Shown: piece after piece, positions 13,295 through 26,634 of the stretch
Layout of the letters: every line of letters begins with the position of its first letter
Numbering within the stretch: the first letter of the stretch is position 1
NCBI RefSeq assembly: GCF_036321535.1
Contig: NC_087436.1
Location: 65,908,001-65,972,000, forward strand
Length of the DNA: 64,000 nucleotides
Reading direction: 5' to 3'
DNA from: Camelus dromedarius
Lineage: Eukaryota
The notes under the pieces: generated by a model
What the model was told of the DNA's origin: nothing
Seen by the model: the letters and a program-made list of their open reading frames with translations, nothing else
The model's database searches: none
Translations under genes and position numbers: made by a program

Positions 13295-16200
13295 ACATAT
13301 TAGTGTGGTTCATTTTTAAATTAATGAAATAATATTTATACATTATTAGCTAAAGCCCGTACTTTATTCAGGTTTGCTCAATTTTTCTTTTTTTCACCTG
13401 TCTTTTTCTGTTCCAGGATTTCATCATGGATATCACACTGCATTTAATTACTGTTTCCTCAGGCTTCTCTTGGCAATGACAGTTTCTAAGACTTTCCTTG
13501 TTTTTGTTAACCTTGTCAGTTTTGATGCTCTTGACTGGTATTTGGAGAATGTATTTGGAGAATGGCCCTCTACTGAAATTTGTCTAGTATTTCTCATGAT
13601 TAGACTGAGGCTGTAAATTTTTCAAAGTGAAACCACAAAGGCCAAGTGTCATTCTCATCACATCATATCAAGGGTACATACTACAAACATGACTAGTCAT
13701 TATGGACATTGACTTTGATCACTTGACTGAGACAGTGTTTATCAGGTTTCTCCACTATGAAGTTAATCTACCCCAGTCCACATGTAAGGAGTAGGGATTA
13801 ATGATTCCCTTTTGTGATGGTGGAGTATCTACACAAATTATTTGAAATTCTCCTGCAAGGGAGATTTGTTTCTTCTCCCTCAATTATTCATTTATTAAAT
13901 CATTAATATATATCAACATGGACTCCTGGATATTTCTTTTACACTTTGGGTCATAATCCAATACTATTCCTTTAATTTTGTCTCTAACATTGTTCAGCTT
14001 TGGCCATTGGGAATGCCTTAATTTACTCTTCTGTCTCTTTGACATATGCCCTCAGTGTAGGTTTTGTACATTTGGTTTTTGACCACTTCCTTATTTTCTG
14101 GCCTACAAAATGCTCCGGACTCATATTGTATATTTCCTGCCACAATCCTAAAATCATCAACTTCAAAATAAAAAGTTGTTTCCTTTTATTGGGAATTTAT
14201 ATTAGAAATGAAGGCTTAGGAGTTAGTGTGCTCATTTCATCACTGACATTAGTAATGTGTGACTTCTGTCTTTTATTTCTGTTATCCTAGCTAGAGATTC
14301 CTCTATTTTAGTAATCTTTTCAAAGAACTAGTTTTGGATTTACTGATTTTCTGTTTTTAATTTCCTTGATTTCCTCTCTGTTTTTTGTTATTTCCTTTTT
14401 CTTCTGCTTGCTTTAGTCTTAAATTGTACTTCTTTTTCTAGTTTCCTAAGGTAGATGGCTAGATTGTTGATTTTAGATTTTTCTTCTTTTCTAATATATG
14501 CATTAATTCTACAAATTTCTCTCTAAACACTTTTTAAGTGGTATTTTCATTTTCACTTAGTTTAAAATATATATTTTTTAAATTTCTCTTGAGCCTTCTT
14601 CTTTGGCCTATGTGTTATATAGAGGTGTGTTGTTTAATCTTTAAATATTTGGGATTTTCCAGATACCCTTCTGTCCTTAATTTCCAGTTTAATTCAATTG
14701 TACCCTGAGAACTTTTTTGCATAACCTCTATTTCTTTACAAATTTGTTAATGTGTATTTTATGGTTCAGAATTTGGTTTATTTTTGTGACTGTCATGTTA
14801 TCTTGAGAGGAACGTGTATTTTGCTGTTTCTGAAGAGTATTCTATATGCCGATAAAATCAAATTGATTCGTAATGCTTTTCAAATAAACTATATATTTAC
14901 AGATTTTCTGCCTTTTTGACCTATTATTTACTAAAGAGAAGTTTGTGTGTAATAATAGTAGATTTGTATATATCTCCTTTGTTTTTGATGCATGTATTTT
15001 GATACTTTTTTGTTAGTGGGACACACGTTAAAGATTGTTAAGTCTTATTGTAGTCTCCATAAAAATCTGTTACATGAAGATCTTCACATAATGCTCATCT
15101 TTATCTCTGGCAAGGTTTCTTGTTCTGAATTTTGCTATCTCTGAAATTAATACAGCTACTCCAGATTTCTTTTGATTAGCATGGTATAACTGTCTGCCGC
15201 TTTACTATTAACCATTCGGTGTCTTTATAAAGAGGATTTCTTGTAGACAAAATATAGTTGGGTTTTGTATTTTCATACATTTAAAAAAACTCTTGTCTTT
15301 TAATTAATGTATTTATATCATTCATATTCAAAGTGATTATTGATACGGTTGTATTATTATCTATGATTTTGTACCATTTTCTATTGACTGCACTTCTTTT
15401 CTCTTCTTTTATTTTCTTCGTATCTTTGGCTTTTTTGGGGTCTAACTGTGCAATTTATATGATTGATTTGTATCTCTTCTATGTATATTGATTATATTCT
15501 ATCTAATTTTTAAAATCTTTGCCCTAGAGTTTGCAGTATACATTTATAGCTAATCTAAGTCTATTTTCAAATAACACTATACCACTTCAAGTGTAGTACA
15601 GGTAGTTAGTACCTATTCTTCTCTTTTGGACCTTAAAAAAATGCTTTCATTTATTTCAGTTATCTATATGCTATATTCATGCAACACATTGTTACCACTT
15701 TTACTGTGAACAAACCTTTACCTATTAGACAAATTAAGAACAAGAAAATCAATTTGTATTTTCTGTATTTATTCTTATGCAACTTTCCCATTTTTTATAT
15801 AGATCAAATTTTCTGAATTTTACTATTACTTCTTCTCATTGAAGAAAATCCTTTAACATTTCCTGCATGACAGGTGATGAATTTCCTCAGATTTTTTTTG
15901 TCTAAAAAAGTATATATTTCTCCTTACTTTTGAAGGATAATTTCCCTGGATATAGAATTCTGAGTTGTTTTTCTTTAAATATTCTCTTAATTATTTCATT
16001 TCACTCTCTTTTGCATGGCTGGATTCTGACAAGTATTTCATTATAATTTTTATTATTTTACCACTATAGACAAAGTTTCATTCCACTCACTCCCCATTTG
16101 CTTCAAGTTTTCCCTTTGTTTTAGCTTGCTGAAGCTTAAATAGAATATATTTAAATGTAGGTTTTTAAAAATATGTATTTATTATGCTTGGTGTTCCCTA

Positions 16201-17680
16201 GACTTCCAGATCTGTGCTTTGGGGTTGGAGATTAATTTTCATTTTTTTGTATATTATTGCTTCATCTATTTCTTCTTCTTCATCATCATTTTCTTCTCCT
16301 TGCAGTATTTCAATTATGCCCACCGAACATTTGTAAAAATTGTACCATAGTTCTAGTTCCTAGTTGTTATTTTTGTTCTTTCTCTCTTAATATTTCAGTT
16401 TGTAATTTTCTATTGACATATTTTCAAGCTCATTGCTTCTTTCCTTGAGTATATCCTATTTATTGAAGAGCCCACCAAAAGAATTCTTCATATTACAGTA
16501 TATTTAATTTCCAAAATTTCCTTTTGATTCTTTCTTATATCCATTTTTCTGCTTAAATTTCTCATTTGTCCTTACATGTTTTTCTAACTTTTGCATTAGA
16601 GTCCTTAAATTATCAGTCATAGTTATTGGAATCCTCTCTCCAATAATTCGAAAATGTGTGTCACATCTGACTTTGATTCTGATGCTTGCTTTGTCTCTTC
16701 AGGCTTTTTCTTGACTCTCAACATGACTTTTTTTTTTTTTTTTTTAATTATTGAAAGCCAGACATGATATGAAACGTAATAGGAGCTGAGGTAAACTTGT
16801 ATTTAATGTGAGGTTTTATGTTAATCCCGTAGGAGTTGGGCTGTGTTTCATGTTTACTATAGCTGTAGATAACAAGGGCCTCAAATTCCTCTGGTGTCCT
16901 TATTTTTGTCTTCTCTATTAGCTCCGGCTTTCCTGAAAGGCTCCTTAAACAGAGCCTGAGCTTATAGCTCTTTCAGTTGATCCTCTGCTGTTGTACTGGT
17001 GCCCTGTTGATATAGTGGTAAGGAGTGGAGAAGGGGAAACATTCTATAATCTTACGATTAAGTGTCAGTCTTTTAGTGGGCCTGTGTTTCTGGGCTTTCA
17101 CAAGTATTTCTGATCTTGTAGCATTCCCATAAGAGCATTCCTGTCTGAACTGCTCTTGCCCCCTTGCATGAGACAGGAAAGCTAGAAATTTAGAATTGTG
17201 TAATTGCCCACTATGTAAGACAAAGCTGTAGTAAAGTCTTTTTCACTGCAGAGTAGGCCTTCGTTACATAAAATGCAATGGACATGTTTCAGATTAAGTT
17301 ACTTTCCCTTCTCCCTGCCAAAGACTTGAGATAACTCTTTCTGCCTTTTCATCATGGGAACCTAATTGGATTCCTAAGAGTAAAGCCCAAGAAAATGTGG
17401 ACAATTCTGTATGACTGCAGTACCTAAGAATTTCTCTCTCATGATAGTCGACTTTAAACCTCCAGTATTACCATTTGCATATTCCTACCAGTTTATGGCT
17501 CTAGCATTTTCTGTTTCTTGTAAACTGATCTCATTTGTATTTCTTGCATTCATCTGTTTCTCCTAACTTGCCCTAAAACCTCAATTCTCTGGTGGGTACA
17601 AAAAGAAATGTTGATTCTCAATTTTTTCCAGCTTTTTTTTTCCTGTTATAAGAAAGGGAGTATCTTTTTATGTTGAGGAG
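13295..17680 (-). mobile_element. Ancient L1 (L1MC/L1MD-type) with 5'UTR, ORF1, ORF2 N-terminus and 3'UTR; large internal deletion
   Basis: 3'UTR signature (ctttttctgttccaggatttcatcatggatatcacactgcatttaa) at 13.3-14.2 kb; antisense ORF2 endonuclease/linker at 14.24-15.2 kb; ORF1- and 5'UTR-like sequence to ~17.68 kb. Confidence 0.8.
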
Positions 17681-17729
17681 GGCACCTAAAATTCATTGCC
17701 ACTTCACCACTTCACTTTTCTGCACTATC

Positions 17730-17990
17730 TGTACTAGTGTGGATTCTTCAGAGAAACAGAACCAAGAGGATGTATATAGAGAGAGACAGACAGACAGACA
17801 GACGTAGAGAGAGATGGGCTGATTTACTATGAATTAGCTCTGCAATTATGGAGGCTAAGAATTCCAAAACATGTAGTCAACAAGCTGTAGACCCAGGAGA
17901 GCCAATGGTAAGCTCTAGTCTAATTCCAAATACAAAGCAGGAGAAAACTGATGTCTCAGCGCAAAGACAGCCAGGCAGAAAGGAAGAGTG
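17730..17990 (-). mobile_element. MLT2 LTR fragment
   Basis: tgtactagtgtggattcttcagagaaacagaacca...ttatggaggctaagaattcc...gacccaggagagccaatggt. Confidence 0.85.
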
Positions 17991-18078
17991 TTTTTTCTTT
18001 CTTTCTTTCGTTTGTTCATTCGTTCTCTCTTTCTCTCTCTTTCTCCTTCCTTCTTTCCTTCCTTCCTCTTTCTTTTTT
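17990..18078. repeat. T/C-rich low-complexity tract, probably a decayed L1 poly(A) tail
   Basis: TTTC/TTCC/TC runs directly beside the 3' end of an antisense L1. Confidence 0.75.
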
Positions 18079-18540
18079 AAAGACAATTTTTATAGCAGTT
18101 TTAGGGTTACAACAAAATTGAAAGAGAGGTAAAAGAGTTCCTAAACACCATCTGCCATTACACATGCATAGCCTCCCCCATTGTCAGCATCACTCACCAA
18201 AATGGTACATAATATTTTTACCAAGGATGAACCTACGTTGACTCATCATAATCACCCAAAGTCCTTAGTTTATTTTAGGATCACACTTGGCGTTGTACAT
18301 TTTATGTGTTTGGAAAAACTTATATTCATTATAATATCATAACAATATTTTTACTACCTTAAAAATCCTCTGTGCTCTGCCTATTCATCCCATTCCCTGT
18401 CTCACTCCCCTGACAACCATTGATCTTTACGTTGTCTCCATAGTTTTGCCTTTTACAGAATGGTATTAGTTGCAATCATATAGTATGTGCCTTTTCAGAC
18501 GGGTTTCTTTCACTGAGTAAATGAATATTTCATTTAACAT
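18075..18540 (-). mobile_element. L1MC1-like 3' end
   Basis: agcagttttagggttacaacaaaattga...gatgaacctacgttgactcatcataatcacccaaagtcc...aaaaatcctctgtgctctgcctattcatccc. Confidence 0.85.
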
Positions 18541-19304
18541 TCAGACATGTGCATAATGTGTGTCCTCCACCTTGAAAAATAACTTGGACACAATATCAGA
18601 GCACTCTGTTATGAAATAATGCATCACTGATACACAATGATACAGAGGATGATATGATATCTTTGGAAAAACAAATACATTGTAAACTATATGTGAGAAA
18701 TTATTCAGAAGAGTTGAACTCATTGAAATTTGAGGAATATCTTAAGCAATTTATTTAGCCTAATTTTTTAATCATTGCACAAGAATGATATATGCAAAAA
18801 GTTTCATGTGTTAAGCTAACACAACTCTCACAGTAATTATAAATACAATTTTAAATTAGAAAATAATGTACTTATATTTTGACTGGCAGCATTTTGATGG
18901 TAATAAATGAAACAAGAAATACCTAACAGATGATGAAGTCATAAAGTAATAAAAATTGAGTGGATTGGGATTTTTTTAATAAAATTAAATGAATGAGTTT
19001 TATGTAGACTATATTTACTTTTAAGTCATTTTTTTGTGACAGAAGAGGAACTGTTTTAATTATGCTGCTTTAAATCTACAGAAATATTTTCTAATAGCAA
19101 TATCGTAAGTAATAAGAAATATCTAAATACGAAATAGTCTCCCCATTTCCCTAACTTAAAAGCAGACTATAAATGAGCTTTACCCCATAACAAAAACAAG
19201 TATACACTAAGTAGAATTCATTATATAAACACTGTGAACACTAAAAAAGGGAAAACAAAATATTGTGGTGTTCATAAAGGTGGATGTTAGTAAAATAATA
19301 AAAA

Positions 19305-19990
19305 AAAAATCAAGAGTCAAAATGACTGGGTTTAATTAGCTGTGTGATCTTGACTAAGTCACTACTATCTCAATACACTATTTTAGATGAAATGTTTTAA
19401 AAATAAATAAATAAAGCACAAAATACTAATAGCAGAAAGAGATTAAAAACGTAAGGAAGTGTGAAAGGAAAGAGAGAAAGAAGAAAGGAAACAAGAAAGG
19501 AAAAAAGAAAAAGGAAGGACATATACTATAATGGAATAAATACACATGTCCTCCCAAATTCACATGTTGTGCCTTAACCTCCAATGTGACTATATTTGGA
19601 GTTAGGAAATAATTAAGGATAAATGAAGACATAAAGGTAGGCCCCTGATCCAATAGGATCATGTCCTTATAAGAAGATATACCAGAGAACTTGCTCATTC
19701 TCTCTCTGCTATGTGGGGACACAGCTTGAAGGCAGCTGTCTACAACCAAGGAAGAGAGTCCTCATCAGAAACCAAATAGGCTATAACCTAGATCTTGGAC
19801 TTTACAGCCTCCAGAACTGTGAGAAAATATATTTCTGTTGTTTAAGACATACAGTTATAGCATCCTGAAGTAAGATACATACTGAAAACAAGTAGCTTAC
19901 AAGGTTGTTGGAAGGATTAAACAAGATAAAAAATAACAGTAAAAAAAATGCCTATACTATAATAGGCATATAAATAGTAACTATTATTTT
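19305..19990 (+). mobile_element. MIR split by a GA-rich tract and an MLT1A LTR
   Basis: 5' part tagctgtgtgatcttgactaagtcact (19337-19363); 3' part aggttgttggaaggattaaacaagataa (~19900-19990). Confidence 0.6.
19524..19879 (+). mobile_element. MLT1A-type MaLR solo LTR
   Basis: gtcctcccaaattcacatgttg...gatcttggactttacagcctccagaactgtgagaaaatatatttctgttgtttaag...taagataca. Confidence 0.9.
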
Positions 19991-20214
19991 ATAAGTATCT
20001 ACAGTTATATTTATGAAGTATTATGTCTATAAATATCAAAGGATTAAAACATTACTGACATTTTTAATATCTACTTACATTTCTAAGAATCCTATCACAG
20101 AAGACTGAAAATGCCCATATTCTTAGCTACATGCATTAAAATCAACCATCTTTACTTGTAACCCTAAACACAAATTTAATTTATAGCAAACTTAAAATCA
20201 AGATACACTGAGCC

Positions 20215-20600
20215 ACATCTAATTCAGACAGAAAGCACTGAGACTAAACAAAAATCTGAAAATCACAGTGACAACACAAGAAAAGTTGACTTATCTCTCA
20301 TACATATGCCTTTTTTGAGTTTGGAAGGGAGGTCTGTTCATCTTAATGACTAAGGGGTTCCAAACAACCATGACAACTATCACATATTTTCCCACCACCA
20401 CCTGAACAAAGGGAAGAGAACATGGCAAACCATGTTCTTAAATATCCTTCCAGAAAGGATAGGAATCATTTCCACTCATAACACAGGCCCAAAGAGAGTC
20501 ACATGGCTATGCTTACTTTCAAAGGAGGAAAGAAATTTCAATCCCATCACATGCCAGAAAGAAAAAGACTACTACCACTGTGACTAAATCTATGAATACC
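20215..20600 (-). mobile_element. Old MLT1 (K/L-like) LTR
   Basis: agagagtcacatggctatgcttactttcaaaggagg...aatcccatcacatgccagaaag. Confidence 0.6.
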
Positions 20601-21224
20601 ACTGACATTGTATTTGTTGGACACAAGTTGCACCTACTTGAGCATTTAATAAAATGAACATGTTAATTGATATTTTTTCTTTCTTAAATTATACTTCAAA
20701 AAATATATTAAGACATTTCAAAATTTCACTATGTACCAGATATTAACTGCTAAGAAATTACATATGCATCAGTCATTTAAAGAAAAACACAGCTAGTTTT
20801 AATCTGTCACTGATAATAGCACGAGACTATTGTTTGATGAAAGATGTAATACAGCAATGTCTCATCCTGTTTAAAATTCATGAAGCCATATTCAGACAGA
20901 CAAATGCTTATTAATTTCTAAACTGCTTGACTTTAATGACAAAAATGCAGGCTTTGTAGGCTGCAATACAATTACAATTGAACTGAATTTTCTATTTCCT
21001 ATTTAGTTGGACAGATAGTTTTGAGTAGTTTTACATCCTGTAGATTTTTAAAAATATTACCTTGGATTATTGAAGAAGGTAAGTGTTTCTCAGATAAGCA
21101 CATTTTTCAAGAAAAATGCGTTCAGTTTACTACAATACCACACTATATCAGATAGATGGGCCTCTGTGTATTCTATTGGATAGCTGATGTTCTGAGTTAC
21201 TTGGGAAAAATACAGAATTATAAA

Positions 21225-21775
21225 ACCACCCCACTTTCCATATATACTTATATATATGGGAAGAATACATGCACACCCTTTGCTATGTGACTTTGAGCTC
21301 CTCAAATCTCAGGAGTCTATTATCTCCACTTCTTAAATCTGGGTTGAACTTGTGTCTTGCATTGGCTAACTGAATGCACCACAATTGAAACAGTGTCATG
21401 GGAATTTGAAAAGACTAAGAAGCCTTGTGTGCCTCAATCCTTCCTCTTTTAGTAATACCTGCTCTAGTATGGAAACAAACCCAGGTAATCTGCTAGTGAA
21501 TGAAAGGCCAGACAGAGGAAAGCTGAGTCAATTCCTTCAAAATCCTTAAACCAGAAGCCTATATAATTCCAGGCTACATTCAACCCTCCAGCTGACCACG
21601 AACATATGAGTAAGCCAAGCTGAAATCAGCTGATTCTGGCTTGCTTCAGAAAAATCATCCAGCTAATGCATAAACTCCTGGGTGAAGAAATATAAATATT
21701 TGTTGTGAAATGCCACTGAGGTTTTGTGATTGTTTGAGGAGCAGCATTAAATTGTGGCCATAAATAATTCAAACA
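21225..21775 (+). mobile_element. MLT1 (F/G/H-like) LTR
   Basis: ccctttgctatgtgactttg...ttaaatctgggttgaacttgtgtcttgc...gccactgaggttttgtgattgtttg..gcagcattaaattgtggccataaataa. Confidence 0.75.
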
Positions 21776-22879
21776 ACTTTACATGCTTATGAGAACTTGG
21801 CTTCTGGAATTCTTAGTGTTACTTAATGCACACACACAAGAACATTTCAGCTATATGCACTTTCCTTCCAGTGAATTTATTTTTATTAAAATATGTGCTA
21901 AAATAGACCAAGCTTCATGACCTTGAAATACAGAAAGCTTTATGGACAAAATAGATATAGTAAGGAGTAGTGATTTTATTATATTTCAACTATATAGTTT
22001 TGTTCTTATTATCTGAATCTTTACTTTTTGGTTTTGTTTTCCGGAATCATTTTTGTGCATTATTTAAAGACAATACTTTTGATTTACATTAAACAATTGA
22101 TTTTATTAAATTGGAAATAAATGACTTAATTCTATGGTATTCTTATTTGCTCCTGCAACAGTTATTTAGAACATTTGACATTTTTATTGAGTTTATTTCT
22201 GTTTGTAAAGGAATGAACAGAGTCATAGAAAAATATAAACGGGAAAATGAGAGGAAGAACTCTTTGCTTTCCTGGCTCAATATATTTTAAGAGTAGTGCA
22301 CATTTTTAATACTAAAATTTATGTGAGTTCCTAACTCTATTAATGGCTCAAGTGATATCTGTTGAATGACTGACTTAATGAATAAAGAATAAATGAGTCT
22401 CAGGGATGTTCATATCTTATAGCAGAGCTCATACAGCTTTGGAATGATTTTTAACCCCCTTGTTATTGCTTAGCTTCAATTCTCTTCATTACAGTGATTA
22501 TGCCTGATATTAAGTAGATACTTAGTATATGAGAGCACATTATAAATGCTTTCTAGGAATATATTTGTTAGGACTTGCCTATTTATAATGAAAAAGGATA
22601 AAACAAAATCTGATAAAGTAATGTAGAAGGCTTTTTTGGCTCCTGGAATTAAAAGATCAGAAATGAAAAAGTGACATTGAGAAAAAGTGGGTCTCAGAGT
22701 AATTTGAGTGCTCAAATTGAGTAAACTGGTCCCAATCCTGGTGGAAGAGTTACTGTCACCTATTGATAACCCAGTACAATTACATAAAGAGGAAAAAAGG
22801 AGCTTCTAAATGTAAAATATTCTAGAAAGAAAAAAAAATTATATATATATTTACTACAATGCATTTCTTATTTAATCAT

Positions 22880-22990
22880 TTTGGTAACCTTATGCATCAA
22901 GTACTTTTTGTCTTGTTCAATTTACAGATTAGGAGACTGAGTGAGCCAGGATTAGAATACTGATTTTCTGACTCCAGAGACAGTCCTAAA
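22880..22990 (-). mobile_element. MIR fragment
   Basis: aatttacagattaggagactgag...gagccaggattagaatac...ctgactccagag. Confidence 0.6.
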
Positions 22991-23269
22991 GATTACACTC
23001 AATGAATTTTTACACTGTTATAAACTAGTTTTGTATTACTTTTATTTCACTGAATAATACAGAGAGATTAGAAATAAATTTATTAACAGAATTTGGCATC
23101 TATTTTAATTAATTTTGATATAAATATTTCTATATAAAATATCTTTGGGCATATAAATATTTTAAAATTTTCTTCATACTTAAAAAATGCAGTTTTGTTT
23201 TTTTTAAAACTTTCTTCCCTTTGCTAGCCTTTCAATCATTTTCTCTTCCTCTTTCCTACAATATCCCCT

Positions 23270-23480
23270 TCAGGTAATATAGAGTATATTTATAACCTTG
23301 AAAAGAGAAAAAGAAGCTTAAACAAGACCAGAAGAGGCACTCACCAAAAAGAAAAGTAAAATGGATAAATTAAAATATGCAAAATTAAGAATTTTCAATC
23401 ATCAGTGGTACCATAAAAAGAGTCATAAAGAAGTCCAAATATCTTTGCAGTACATAAAATTGACAACTTACTTATTTCAA
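23270..23480 (+). mobile_element. Old L1M ORF2 fragment
   Basis: ttaaacaagaccagaagaggcactcacc...ggataaattaaaatatgcaaaattaagaatttt...atatctttgcagtacataaaattgacaa. Confidence 0.6.
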
Positions 23481-23667
23481 CAGTCACATCACATCACAGA
23501 AGAACTAAGAAGGAGATGAACAACATGTTCTTTTTTTCCTTCCTCTCTCTAGCACACCAACCTGTGAAGATTGATTCAGGTGGCTGAAGTCATGCAGTAG
23601 TATTACTCTAAGTACCTCCACATTGAAACATGAGAGTAAAAGACAGCACTTTCACCTATTAGATTCA

Positions 23668-23718
23668 ATATATGTGTGTGTGTGTGTGTGTGTTGTGTGT
23701 GTGTGTGTATATATATAT
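23668..23718. repeat. Compound (TG)n(TA)n microsatellite
   Basis: Directly visible. Confidence 0.95.
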
Positions 23719-23964
23719 GGTGTACATGCACTTACATTAATAAAATAGGAAGTGGATTATTGTGAACAAGGCTGTCAGATGATGAGCTTTAAGAAACACC
23801 ACATATGGAAGTTCTGGATTTTGAAATTGATTTCTTCTGAAGAATCTTTGTGTATAGCAACAAAGTACATTTACCATAGCTTTGGAGACAGAGTTACTCT
23901 GGAGCATAGTACTAATCAAGAGCATGGATTCTGTGGACAATGTTTCATGGTTAAATTAGTAATT

Positions 23965-24172
23965 AGTAGTTCTCAACCATACCTGTGAAGCAGAATCATC
24001 TAGAAACCTTAACCAAAACAAAAGTACAACAAACAATCAAATAACAACAGCCTGGGGCCCAGACCTAGGGATATTGATGAATTACTCTGGGATGGGACAG
24101 AGGCATATTCTCATATTTCCAGTGGACTTTGATGTATTCTCTGAAGTAGTCTGTAATTTGAAAAGTGTTAGT
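23965..24172. mobile_element. MER5-like hAT DNA transposon relic
   Basis: tagtagttctcaacc...gcagaatcatctagaaacctt...cctggggcccagacc...ctctgggatgggacagaggcat...tttgaaaagtgtta. Confidence 0.6.
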
Positions 24173-25214
24173 GAGTCTTCACTATATATATTAAATATAT
24201 GTACATATATATTTAAATAAAGTATTTGTAAATCAATTATTTTGTGTTTACTCAGATTTATTTTACAATGCATTACATTATTACCCAAGAGTCTATTCAG
24301 GAAGCTTTATTTGGAACCCCAATCATCTTTAAAAGCATGAAGAATTCCTAAGACAAAGGAGTTTGAGAGCTACTGCCGTAGATAACAATTGGGTAATCTC
24401 AAAGGAAAAATACAGTACTTCTAGGCTTCCTAGTAAATATAACCCACTATATAACTTTGTGAAATCATGTGTTATAATAATACCATTCTTACTTAAAATG
24501 AGCAAAGTAAAATATGATGAGTGAGAAGACTGAGAACTACCTCAAGTTATAAAGTAAACAGGTCATTTAACTAGGTAAATGTTACACATTTCTAAAATAC
24601 AAATGTACCCAAATAAGAATGTAGGAAAAATCAATAGAAATATTTTTTAAAAATTATCAGCTTTAAAGAGTGTAAACCATATTACAATTCCATAGAAAGT
24701 ATGATGAACTTATTGGTATTTTGAAAAGTGAATCACAGTTATAGCCAATTAATTAACTAAATACTTAACATTAAATAAATTAATATGATTGTTAAATATT
24801 TGTATGTTTTAACAGATGATGTTGATACAAGAAGCTAAATGCATTTTGAAAAATTATTAGCCCTTGGAGTCAAATAAATTTATTACTCCATTTATGTGAG
24901 GAAATATGTTTGAGTTCTTCTCGGAAACTTAATTACTCTTATTGAGCAACCTGGAAAAGAGAGCAAATTATATCCAAGTTTTCGCCCAAATGCACTGTAC
25001 ATTTTTGAGGTAAGATATATGCCAAAATAACTGTCACTCAAATGAAAACAAGTGCAAAAATTTTGTCATCCCTTCCTTTACAGACTTGATTCTTTGGAAG
25101 AAAAGAAAAGGATGTGACATTAACACAACTGGCATGTATTTTTCCTATATTAGCTTGGTAGCTTGAAATCCTTCCTTCCATTCTTCTCTTCTTTACTTCC
25201 CTTCCTTTCTGCCC

Positions 25215-26024
25215 TCTTTCTTCTTTCACAAATGCCCACTATGTGCTAGCCACTGTGGTTATGTAACAGAAGAAAGACAGACACGCTATCATGTATCTTA
25301 GCATCTTGTATTGAACACACACATTTAAAATATATGAATTCATTCAGCTTTACAAAAATTTAGTTTTATAAAACTGAGAGAACACAAGCACTGCAGGTAA
25401 ACACTGGTAAAACAGGTAACACTCAGAGTATTCCTTGAGAATGCAGTGCCTATTTGTCATCTAAAATTACAGTGGGAATTTACTAGGTGAAGCAGAGGGT
25501 AGGCTGAGGAAGGACAATGCAGGGGAACCAGGTAGGCAGAGGGTACAAACAAAAAAAACTTAAACAAGACACTTGTAACGGTTAATTTTATGCGTCAGCT
25601 TCACTGGGCTAAGGGATACTCAGATAGCAGTTAAAACATTATATCTGGGTGTGTCAGTGAGGTTGTTTCTGGAGGATATTAGCATTTGATTCAGCAGACT
25701 GAATGAAGAGATCCACCCTCTCCAATGAGGGCAGGCATCATCAAATCCACTAAGGGCTCCAGTGGCAGAAAAAAAAAAAAAAAAGGCAAAGGAAGGGTGA
25801 ATTTGCTTTCTTTATGCTTTAGCTGTGATGTCAATCTTTTTTTTGTCCTTAGATATTAGGGCCTTTGACTTTGGATTGAGTTACACTACTGGCTCCTGTG
25901 GCTTTCAGGAATTCGGACTTAGACTGACTTACACTACACTTTCCTGATTTGCAGCTTAAGGGTGGCAGACCAAGGGATTTCTTAGCCTGCACTTGATCCA
26001 GAGTGTGTGTGCGTATATGTGTGT

Positions 26025-26061
<37 letters not shown>

Positions 26062-26350
26062 CACTGTTGGTTCAGTTTCTCTGGAGAAACTCTGGAATCT
26101 CAAAGTGACAAGGCCTGACTGAGAAATGCAAGGATGGTTAGTGTAAGTAGAGAATGAGGAGAACTGTAACTATGATTAAAATTAGAAAAGTGATGAGTGG
26201 CCAAACCATATGGATTCTTAAAATAATGCTAATTTTAAAATTTTGTATTGTAACAAGGGATGTAATTCAAAGATTCTAAGCAAGGGTATAACATTGTCAT
26301 ATCTCAAATTTAGAAAAATCTTACTCTGTATGTAGAATGAGGCATTATTT
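25215..26350 (-). mobile_element. L2 fragment split by an MLT2 LTR
   Basis: aaatgcccactatgtgctagccactgtg (L2 3' end, antisense); resumes after 26100 with aagattctaagcaaggg...tttagaaaaatcttactctg. Confidence 0.65.
25574..26100 (+). mobile_element. MLT2 solo LTR with internal poly(A) and (TG)n
   Basis: tgtaacggttaattttatgcgtcagcttcactgggctaaggg...ggttcagtttctctggagaaactctg. Confidence 0.9.
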
Positions 26351-26369
26351 GGAGTGTACAAGCAAAGAC

Positions 26370-26445
26370 TAAGAGGGGAATCTGTGTATGGGATACTTGG
26401 AATCCTTCTGCACGATCTTCTCAACTTTTCTGTAAATCTAAACCA
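26370..26445 (+). mobile_element. Short L1M 3' terminus
   Basis: ggggaatctgtgtatgggatacttggaatccttctgcacgatcttctcaacttttctgtaaatctaaa. Confidence 0.65.
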
Positions 26446-26634
26446 ATTTTTTTTTAGTTTTATTTAAAACATGACCACAAAAAATGTTAGCATTGCAAAA
26501 TTACTCTAGCCCCAAATACATTTCAAATAGATTATTTTGCCTCTGTCTTTCCTCTCCCTATGATAATACAAGTATCCTTTAATTCATCTACTCATTGCTC
26601 ATCCCTGTTGGTCTCTCATACTCAAAAGAATTCT

